A stretch of 64,000 bases of DNA, taken from positions 102,486,001 through 102,550,000 of the forward strand of contig NC_043002.1 in assembly GCF_006345805.1 (NCBI RefSeq), in the 5' to 3' direction. Under the pieces are notes generated by a model. The model searched no databases. It had not been told where the DNA came from and worked only from the letters and a program-made list of their open reading frames with translations. Each line of letters begins with the position of its first letter. Position 1 is the stretch's first letter. Position numbers and translations under genes: made by a program. This document shows positions 53,101 to 64,000 of this stretch, piece by piece. Origin of the DNA: Octopus sinensis (lineage: Eukaryota).

Positions 53101-54004
53101 AACATAATCTTGTTACGTATTACACGCATATTACGATATTCAAATCCTTACTCATACTGTGACAATACACAAAATGCATACTGCTTATTCGTGCATATAT
53201 ATGCACACATCCAGTATACCGCTCATATTCAGTATAATAGAACTGCTAAGCAATGAACACATGCTACATGCAATAATTTTAATACAATGGTCCTTATTCC
53301 ACCTTTTCTGTGTCGCATATCTGTCCATAGAAACTTTCCATAATTTCTTTTCATTTCTTTTCACTTTAATGCCTTGCCTTTAGCATCAACCTATTCTTTG
53401 TGCTGTTTAGGACTGTATGTCATGCATATTTGTCATGTTCTCTTAAAACTTGTTTCCCACTATGGGGTTACCACGGCACGGTGGCCCCTGTTTCAATTAT
53501 CATTCCATCACTGATTCTGAAAACATGATTTAGTACTTGTTCCGAAATTCCCTATTAATATCTCTCTTCCTTGTTTTACTGAGTTCGAACTGTGTATGCA
53601 AGCAGTTTTGTTCTTGTTTTTAGCTCCAGGTAAGTGCAAATGACGTCTAATAGATTCCAGCCCGGATTAGCCGTTTCATATTCATATTGTTCAGGTAAAC
53701 AATGGTGAGTTATCCAAGGATGCCCTTTCGGACAGTTGCTACGCATTGGAGTTGGGATTTATAGAACATAACATATCGGGTGACCATATAAATGTCTGGC
53801 ACCGAATCTCATAAAAAAGGTATGAACAGAACCAGTATCAGTCCTAGCAGCCCCACCACCTGCGTCCCGAGTAACAGAAATCTCTACCATATAAATTATC
53901 ACCGGTTCCACACCCCCACCGCTTCCTCAATATTCATAACAATACTTATTACTACCACCCACCCCACCACCACCACCACCACCACCACCACCACCACCTC
54001 TCCT

Positions 54005-54207
54005 CAATGGGCTAAATCCCATTGAAACTTCAAGACTTATTAAGGAAACTGGAAATCCCATGCAAGATTGATGCCATGCAAAAACAGCCTTATTGAGCAG
54101 AGCGCGCATCTAAAGGAAAGTATTATGTCTGATAAACAAGGAAAATCACCTGGATGACACAATATCTTCAATCAACAACCTTACGATATTTTATACTGTG
54201 CGACATC

Positions 54208-54209
<2 letters not shown>
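54005..54209 (+). mobile_element. R4/Dong-like LINE extreme 3' end joined to (TAA)n
   Basis: LQDLLRKLEIPCKIDAMQKTALLSRARI*RKVL. The 3' UTR acaatatcttca..acaacct..gcgacatcta|taataat matches the end of the 40065-40540 copy. Confidence 0.8.
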
Positions 54210-54243
<34 letters not shown>

Positions 54244-54598
54244 TAAAATAATAATGATAATAATAATGATAATAATAATAATAATTATTATTATTATCAT
54301 TATTATTTTTATTATTATTATTATTATTGTTATTATTATTATCTGTTTTGTCTGGGGAGAATAATTTTCTTTTGTGCCTTATAATTTCATACACTGACCG
54401 GTAAAGTTTCCTATTATTCATTATTTTTATTTTCCTAAAATTTTCATTGCATCTTGCAGCCTTTTTATTAGTCAAGACTATTGAAAGGCTGCAAGAAAAA
54501 AAAAAAAAAAACAACAGCAGAAAATGACCCTCTCCAGACACAACAGCATATGCTTCAACACACGAACCCAAAGAATCTTGCAAACCAAATCCAAAAAC

Positions 54599-54640
<42 letters not shown>

Positions 54641-54689
54641 CAACAACAACAACAACAACAAAACAAAAATAATAACAATAATAATAATA

Positions 54690-54905
54690 ATAGTGGCTCT
54701 CGTAGCTTCTGATCTTAACCGATTGGAAGTGTTATCATGTACATTGTTTTATCTGCTCAATACCACAGATATGCTTGGCAGTTGTTTGAGATCACTATGT
54801 CATGCACATTTGTTTATGATGCACGTGTCTGATGTGCATCAATCAGACGGGTAGATATGATGGGGATACTGGGCTTCGCATGTTTTACCCCACTGTCACT
54901 TTGAG
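54690..54905. mobile_element. Internally deleted second copy of the repeat at 17461-17965
   Basis: Same ordered sequence blocks with about 250 bp missing; flanked by (AAT)n and (ACT)n. Confidence 0.75.
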
Positions 54906-54933
54906 GGCATTCACTGCTCTCTCACTCACTCAA

Positions 54934-54986
<53 letters not shown>

Positions 54987-55048
54987 GTAATAATAATAAT
55001 AATAATAATAGTAATAATAATAATAGTAATAATAACAACAACAACAAC

Positions 55049-55128
<80 letters not shown>

Positions 55129-55477
55129 TAAGAATGATAGGACACCCCACTCACGGATAACTGAATCTTTGAGTATATACGCCTATGACAAGATCACACA
55201 GTCATAGATAAGAGAATGTTTGAGTATATTCAGTATAGCAGACAACATAGGAGGATTAATTAGCTTTAGCATGAAAAAACATAGAAGGTAGATATCTACT
55301 CAGCTGATATGAAGGGGCACAAGGCCAATAAATTTTGTTTCGGATGGTCGATTATATCAACTGGTGTACTCAAGTGCTACTCGTTGCGTAACAACTATGG
55401 TAATTATAGTTTGCGGGTTCTGATGACAGACAACAGTTTTTAGATGAGGGCAGAGACAATATTGTCGACGTTCAATA

Positions 55478-55950
55478 CTTCATCATCATCATTGTTCGAC
55501 CGTGATCGAGACAATGGAATTTACCATGCTACGCCAGACTTCACGGTCCATCATGGCATTACGGTGGTCCTGTTGCTGGATGCCTGTATCCCTGGAAATT
55601 ACATCAGAGTAGGAGAGTGTGCGCCCTCTGGTATTGCGAGTAGATGGCTCCCAGAGGAGAAGAGTAGAAATGACCTCTTTTTCAGCTCTACAACAATGTC
55701 CTGCAAACTGGACTCTCTTACCTTTCACAAGTGATGACACAGGTGGTAGTTTCCTATATATTTGCATTTTGTTTGGATGGCGCTTTCACGAGAAATTTTG
55801 AGCTCTCATAAGGAGGCGAGTGTAGGTTCTATCCAACCGCCTCTCAAGCTTCTTTGATAACTTCCAGGTTTCTGAGCCATATAGTAGAATTTGTTCGACT
55901 GTGGCTTTGAAGATTTCAAGTTTGAAGTCTCTACTTGGCAAGGTGTGGCT
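55478..55950 (-). mobile_element. RTE-type LINE 3' fragment
   Basis: FKATVEQILLYGSETWKL..LDRTYTRLLMRAQNFS*..QFAGHCCR..LLLWEP..DREVWRSMV, followed by a short (GAT)n tail. Confidence 0.85.
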
Positions 55951-56785
55951 TTATCGACCCAGGAGTGTTAAAATGCCAACTTGATCATGATGTGGTTTGA
56001 ACATGAAATGTAAATTTCTAGAACATATACCGCAAAGTGATGAAGTTCCTGTTGCTTTAACAACCGCGACAACAACTTTAACGAAAACATATAAATACGT
56101 ACGAAATACAGTCTTGTGTGCGCTATTTACATTGGCCTCAAGACGGTTCATTGCATAAACAGAAGTTGGCAGGAAAAATGGAATGAAATTATGTGGGATT
56201 GATGGACTGATGGAATGCAATTTTCGATAAGTGCAAGAAGCAATCATTTTAAACAATATGGTTTAATGAAATTAAATGCTTGATTTTAATGAAAGCCATC
56301 GCGTTAATCCACTAATTAATACACATTGGAATTTTTTCATCTGCCAGTTTCGTCAGTGATGTTTATTTTCAGCTCCTCCCCACCCCTTCTCTGCAAACTC
56401 AGGTTTACGCTGCAAACGTTTGTCAATGTTTACCAGACTATTTATTCATGTAATAATGAGTGCGGTGTACTTTTGTGTGATTTTTGTTGTTGATTTTGGC
56501 GACGATAGCAGATGGCTGGCGTGCGAGAGAGAGAGTGATGGAAGTAGTGTCGTAGGAGTATGTTAATAATTGGTTTGGGGGATATATCACAGAAAGATCC
56601 GGGTATGTTCGTAGGCACTGCTCATATAGCACAACAAATTAAAAATGAGGCGATAGAACGAGAGAAACTGTGAGAAAATGTGTGGATGAAGACGTTACAG
56701 AAAGTGGGAGGTTGAAAGCTCGGAACACGAAAACGAAAACAGAAAGAAGAAAGTATGGGAGTCGGTAGTTGGAGTTATTTCCCAT

Positions 56786-57276
56786 TTGACCGTAAAATAT
56801 GACTGAAAAGATAGTGACTTAGACTCTGTGCATAACTGTTCAATTCAGAGAGGGTGATACTTTCCAGTTTCTCAACATGAACCTAACCATGTGCTTACAA
56901 CTGCTGAAAATTTCGGTTCTAGAATTCAGTTGAGTATGAGAGTTCCTAGATCTGAAACGGATGAGTTCTTTCAGCTACCCACAGCTTACACTTTCTTGAC
57001 CCGTTAACATATGGTGAGCGTTCTTCGATTATTTTCCACTTATAGTATGTGGTGTTGTGCTCGACTTCAAACCCTACAGTTGGCTAGCCAATTTAGTAGC
57101 CTTACTTTTCTAAGAATTCAAACACACTGTTGAATTCTAGGTCCATAATTTTAAACGATTGTAAGCATACCCCTATGTTCCTTTTGGCGAATTGAAAAGT
57201 ACCACCCACTCCAGACTGAAAAGCAGAACCAAACGTTTTAGGCCACTATCCTTTCAGCATTATGTTTTACGGTCAA
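56786..57276. mobile_element. Old fold-back element with long imperfect inverted arms (~170 bp)
   Basis: ttgaccgtaaaa, ctgaaaagatagtg, gggtgatacttt, tgcttacaa and ctagaattca occur in order on the left arm (56786-56955) and as reverse complements on the right arm (57105-57276). A third ttgacccgttaacata is at about 56996. Confidence 0.7.
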
Positions 57277-57821
57277 GCGGGTACTAACTTTAAACCCTTC
57301 CACGTTTGCTTCTTTCTCTTTTATTTATTCTTTTCCTGTTTTTCAAACTTCCGCCTTTTATATCAACTTCTTTCTCACTTTTCTCTCATCCTAACGACGC
57401 ATTATTAATTTGTTAGGCCATATGGGCAGTGCATGAAGTTTGCGGTTAAACACCAAACATTTCAAAAAATATATTCGAAATTAAAAGGCAAACAGTTTGG
57501 CAAAACCTGACGAGGACATTTACTTATGCAATATAATGAGGAGTTTAGATAGTCTCTCACAGCAGTTGCTTGAGAATCCCTGCTATCGGAACATCCTTCT
57601 GAGCGGAGATTCCATATTCTGAGTATTCCGTCATCGGAGAGAGATAGCTTAGGTTTACCATACGTAGCAGTCGAACAAAAGCTCATTATTAATGATAGCT
57701 GTGGTTCCTTATGTCTGGTGGGGGGATATCCAATAAAATCCATTTAGATTGGATTTTCCTTACGTAAATCGTAATCCATGATGAGGGGAAATGCGTGCCA
57801 GCCATTCCAAACTTGGACTAA

Positions 57822-57873
<52 letters not shown>

Positions 57874-58499
57874 CACATGCGCAATGCGATGCCATAAAGG
57901 ACAAATATCATTGACACTAACTGCGACTAAGGGTGTCACGGCACTTACATTGCTAGATAAAAGAATTAAAATGCTGCAATGTTCTGGGCCGAAGCGATCC
58001 ACCTTAGACAAGCTGGCTCTGATGAGTTCCCTCTCCAGCACTATATTGATGCCGAACTTATTGCGGACACCCGATCGCTATAGAAGACCGACTACCAGGA
58101 CTCCCATCCTCAAACAGGCCAACCAAACAAGCCTCCGGGTAGCTAGATTACAGGAGCGCGCCACAACTGTATGAGGAGTACATAAATGTATACATATATG
58201 TTGAGAGGGGCTGCATGACGTTCGAGTGATAGGCTGGTAAATATATCTGCTTTTAGTAGGGTATATGTTCATGAAATATTTACAGGGAAAATATTGACAG
58301 ATACCACGAAGTTTCGGCTTGCTAGCATTTGTCGAACTGTTTGCAAGCACGCCGGAACATCTAAATCACAGTCGACATGTGCCTTCTAAGTACATACAAC
58401 CAAGCGTGAACACAGAAAATGCACGTATATAAATACACACACACATTCACATGCATATGTATAGACCTATGTGGGTGTATTAAACACTTGTATAGCCAT

Positions 58500-58571
<72 letters not shown>

Positions 58572-58572
58572 G

Positions 58573-58603
<31 letters not shown>

Positions 58604-58621
58604 ATATATATATATATATAA

Positions 58622-58654
<33 letters not shown>

Positions 58655-59789
58655 AATATATACATATATATATAAATATACATATATATATATAAATATA
58701 TACATATATATATAAAATATATATATATAATATATATATATATAAATATATATACATATATATATATACATATATATGTATATATATAGTTATATACATA
58801 TATACATATATATATATGTTTCCTGCCTCTGTGTGCGTAACCTGTGTCCCTAGCGTGTGCGCTTGGTTGCTCGTATTGTTGTGTCTGGTTTGTGTTCTAC
58901 AACATCTCGCTAGGAATTTCAGCAACGTCTTCAAAGCAAATAAACGTTACGACACATTGGTTAACATCCTTGGATACCCAGTAGTAAGAAAGAAGTAAAG
59001 AAAAACAACACGGAGATGCCTTAAGATATGGATACTGATACTGTTGATGTAAATCTGATATCATAGTGTGAATGACCTGAGCAAACCGTGTGATACATTG
59101 AATAGAAGCTGCGGAGCGTGATTTCCAGTATCTCATACCCAAATGTTGATCATCTTAAAATATCATAGCTTAATTGTCAGTTAATATACTTCACAATAGA
59201 GTAAGTTTAAAGAGTTAGTTTTTACAATCATTTGTGTCATTAATATGCCTACAAGCTGTTCTATTTGTTTAGAAATGAAAAATAGCGATGATATCAAAGT
59301 GTTTATAGAAGCTGTTTGAAATACGATACGTTGCATCCGGGTGAGGCTTTCAGATTTTCCTCCTTTACAGTGTATATTACTCTGTTAATTGTGTAAATAA
59401 ATGGCGATATTTACAATATACTTTCTCTTCACGTACATACGCAACTGAGGTTTCTATAACATTATTTGGAATCCAAAAGCCAGACTGCTATCTCAGACAA
59501 CAATAATGTACAATGATGTTTAAATGGAGTCATATGACATTACATAATGATTGTCGAATATGTAAGCGCGCAGCAGACACGTCTCTTCTTGACAGTCACT
59601 TTGAATAACGCCATTGCATTCCAGTAAGAAGCAGACATTTATATGCCCACACGTTTACACACACGCAGAGGAATACAAATACATATACATGTATTCGTGT
59701 GTGTGTTTATAAGTGCAGATGAATAAAGCTGGAGGCTATAGTATATCTCTATATATATATATATTTATGCGCATATATATGTATATATA

Positions 59790-59824
<35 letters not shown>

Positions 59825-60012
59825 ATATATATATTATATATATATATATATGCGCATATATATGTATATATATATGTATATGTATATGTATATATATGTA
59901 TATATGTATATGTCTATATATGTATATATATATGTATATGTATATACATATATATATTTATATATATATATGTATATATATATATGTATATATATTATGT
60001 ATATATATATGT

Positions 60013-60076
<64 letters not shown>

Positions 60077-60721
60077 TATGTGTGATATACAACTTTCTGA
60101 ATAATAATGTCTTTTCGCACGATGTGAAATCTTCATTCACAATACTGGCGTGAGTTATCTCTCTGCCAATGAAATGTACATTTTCCCTCACATTCAAAAT
60201 TCCACAGATACGCGCGCACAAACCGAAACCAATGATTCTGGTGATTATGGCACATTGACTTGAAGAGTTTATTCGAACAAAATAGCGCATATTTGTTATA
60301 TTCTGATGTTTTCTCTGTAGGTCACAACAGCCGAACCGCTTATTTACGAAAAAGCAAAGTTCCAGTAGCTGGTATGAAGCTTGTGGTGGATACATATACA
60401 GACAGACAGGTGTGAACGAACACAAAGAAATACAGAAAACACCCAAACATTTACAACAACGGGATTACACAGCCTTACCGCCAACGACATTCATTGACAA
60501 AGCATTCTCGTGGAAGACACCTGCCTAAAGTGTTTGGCTAACGTGCTACAGTATTGCAGAGTGAGATTATAACAACAGTGCCATATCTGCCCTTATTTCT
60601 GTTAATTCCTTTGAAATAACTACTGACAATTACACTATTTTCTATTCTGTTTTTATATAATTTTAAAATTAAATTAATTCTATTCAGTTCGATATAACGT
60701 AGAAGAATGCTCATTGCTTTT

Positions 60722-60760
60722 CTTTTCCTGAAGAAGAGCCCTTGCTCGAAACATAAAACC
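60722..60760 (+). ncRNA. Degenerate Penelope-type hammerhead-like motif
   Basis: cttttc CUGAAGA A GAGC CCUU GCUC GAAA CAU A AAAC. Core and stem II are intact, ACAU replaces palindromic ACGU, and stem I is weak. Confidence 0.4.
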
Positions 60761-60842
60761 TCCTTTTTCATTTCCCGAGCGTCTGTTAATACTCTACATG
60801 TACTACGGCCTCGCATTGTTGTACTTTCTGTTTCTTCTTCTT

Positions 60843-60895
<53 letters not shown>

Positions 60896-62160
60896 AGAGA
60901 TAACAAATGCGAGGCGGCATTTGATCTGATTTGTCGATTATATGCAATATTTAGAATAGAATGATTGATGCTGTCTATATCAATGCGTAGGGACTCTAAA
61001 CTTTGGAAGTGCTGGGTATATACTTTCTGAAGAGAAAATTGCTTATTTCTTTTCTTTTTTTCTGTTTTTTTTTTTGCGGACGGTAATATCAAATATTTGT
61101 ATTAACTTACGTCATTCTCGTTTTATTTTGGGATTCTGTTTCAAGATATCTAGAAAAGAGAGAAGACACAGAAAAACAGAAATATCATGGTATCTGTCAA
61201 AACAGGTAAAACAAAATACACGCTGATAAACGAACAGGTAGGTTTATATGAAATTATATCTTTCAGTTGTTTTGTTGCGCAGAGAAATGGATATATAGCA
61301 ATGCAATGGTAAATGATTGAAGAGTAAACTGGAATGTCAACAACTGATATCTAACTACAAAGAACGACAAATATTGCTGGCAGAACGAGAAAACATGAGC
61401 TAAAGTCAATATATAATTAAATGGCAAATACATTTAGAATGAAGAGGGAAACACAGTTCGTTGTATTTCAGAGCTAACAAACAAATTAATAAATAACAAC
61501 ACGGATATGAACAACAGTAAAAACACGGGAAACAACAACACTAACAACAAAAATTATTGCTCTAATATTTGGGAACATGTTTGTAGACGTTTGCTGTTAA
61601 ATGAAAACCTTGTCATATCTGCTTTCTGAAATAGTACTTTTACGAACACAACACATAATTTACGACTTCCTGTCTTACTGTAAATCAATAACAAAAATCA
61701 TGGATGTAATTTCAAAGTACTCCATGTTCCTCGGGGGTTTGTTTAAGAGTTTCCTCTGTTAATCAAACCTACGATTGATTCTTTTGAAAATATGGTGTTG
61801 TTTAGGATGGTGCAAGTCGGCCTGTATTTTTAAGTTCAAAATTAACTAACTATGTGTGTAAGTGTATCTAGGCATGCATCAATGTCTACAAAGTTGCAAC
61901 AAAAATAATTTTATAGAAATATCATAAGAAAAGAAACCTCAGACAAAATACACTCACCACAATACATATCATATGAAATAGATAATTATTAGTGTGTAAT
62001 TTAGCTAAGACATTTGTAGCTCTTAGTAGCTCTTATTTATCAAAATTTTTTTATCTATATTCATATTTACTGCACGAAGCTCTGATTTACTGAGAGATAA
62101 GAAATCTTTTAAATATCAACTTGTTAATTCTGGATATAGCAAACTCTGCAGTTCATAGTT

Positions 62161-62199
<39 letters not shown>

Positions 62200-63675
62200 T
62201 CCATACACACATACATACATATATACATTGATACATATATACATACACACAGACATTGATATTTTACAAGGAAAATGCTGATCAAATACGAACATTTTGA
62301 ACAAATCTCTTTGAATATGAGGATCGTTGCTCATTCTCTGATTGATCACATACTATAGGTTTCATTAAGCTTTGAATCCCCCCAACCACCACTACAACAA
62401 CAACAACGACAACAACAACAACAACAACAAGCAACAACCAGCAACACCACCATTAAAAAGCAGCAACACATCAGAAACGTCAAGATTGCACCAGGGTGGG
62501 ATGTTTAGCGGGGCTAGTGAAGCTGCTGAAAATAGCAGCCCAATCTACCCTTAATCATACCCTAATACTTTAAAAGCGAAATAAAGATTTTGGATAATGC
62601 AAGCCTTGCGTTTTGAATGATTCTATTGAAGCGATGGACCAAGAGTTTAAAAAATTTTGTTGAGTAGGAACTGTATTAGAAACACATTTATCCATTGTGA
62701 AAGAAAGATTTGACTGAAGCCTTCCCTCGTAAAAGGATTACCAGAACGCACCAATTAGGAACTTAGCCAGCAATCGAAAGATATGATTGAGTTTTGAAAT
62801 TCAAGAATATATTGTCTCCCAACGAGCAGTTCTATAATGAAAGTCAACCAAAACCAGACTCATCCAAATCAGGATTTTCCAATGGATAATTCCCTTCAGC
62901 ATTCAAGTTATCCTTGGCTGCTATTCATAGCAGACCATTCGGCTCACAATTGTATATTGTAAAACTTTGCTGTTGCCAAGGTTAAAAAAAAACATAATGG
63001 TATAAATGAAATTTGCACTGAAGACACATTTTGTTTTGTTTTGTTTTTTTTTTTCGTTTTTTTTTATGTCTTGTGATGTAGATCTGCCTTTCATATCTCC
63101 CTCTTCACAAATCGGTGAATTGTGAATGGCTGAAAATGATTGTTTATGACTATCAATGACTGAATATAGAGAATAGACTGCTAGATCAAATTTTCCAACT
63201 ATACGTAACATAGATATGAGAAGCCAGATCAATGTTTACATCTGTAGTTATAATTATTTTAGCTGAAGATTTTTTTTTCTTGTGCTATTCTTTATCTTCA
63301 AAAATAATACTTTGTCGTATATATAATATATTTTTTTTCTCAGAAAAAAAATTATATGCAAATTATAATGGGAAACAACCAAAGCTGCTTCTGTAACTGT
63401 AAGGTTGTTTTGTAGCGTGAAGATGGAAGAAGTCATTAATATAAGGTGTTGGCAAATACAGACGTTCTTTTGAAACTTCCTTTCTCTAAGCCACACATTC
63501 CTTTCTTTCTTGGGTCTTTCCTTTATTTTGCTTGGATTTTCATTGGATTGTTTCACAAATTCAAGTCAGCTTTAATTATTTGCTTAATTCGCATTAGACG
63601 ATAAAACGGAGACTTAGTAAGAATTTATTTTCTGTACATAAACATTTATAAACAAAGAGACTGAAAGAGAGAGAA

Positions 63676-63747
<72 letters not shown>

Positions 63748-64000
63748 TCACACACACACATATATTGATATAAAGATAGGTAGCTAACTAGCTAGCTAGA
63801 CATATAGCTAGCTGGACATATAGATAGAAAGACAGATAGATAGATAGACAGATAGATAGTTAGATAGATGGATGGATTAGAAACAGGTAGTGGAGAAACA
63901 GGAAGGCAAGTCGGTAGGCAACGATAATTAAATACATTTGATAACAAAACTCATTCTCATTCTGTATAAGTCGGACTTTTTTTTATACATTTGTGTATGA

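Noticed and set aside
60900-61050. Possible GIY-YIG C-terminus (QHFQSLE..YAL) on the minus strand near the second hammerhead-like motif
   Set aside because: Requires a frameshift, matches only a few residues, and lies on the opposite strand to the ribozyme motif.

Overview
AT-rich, microsatellite-saturated eukaryotic DNA with no recognisable intact host gene. Most of the ORF track is simple repeat read as protein. The recurring tRNA-derived SINE families resemble those I recall from octopus genomes, so Octopus is the likely source (inference, not searched). The window is a mosaic of decayed mobile elements: three tRNA-type SINE families (local labels A, B, C), four R4/Dong-like restriction-like-endonuclease LINE fragments, an internally deleted Tx1/L1-clade LINE, RTE and CR1/L2 fragments, two Tc1/mariner remnants, two non-autonomous Helitrons, a TIR MITE with an 8-bp TSD, an old fold-back element and two Penelope-type minimal hammerhead motifs. 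Best leads: (1) SINE-B shares its ~45-nt 3' tail with a Tx1-like LINE that lacks its whole RT domain and sits in (TCTA)n; (2) an 889-bp partial-tandem element in (TA)n joined exactly to a perfect 102-bp inverted repeat (15672-17205); (3) a SINE dimer inserted under one TSD; (4) a conserved stem-loop shared by two unrelated SINE families. No prokaryotic features, CRISPR, rRNA or true tRNA genes were seen. All alignments and translations were done by eye; element boundaries not fixed by a TSD or TIR are approximate.
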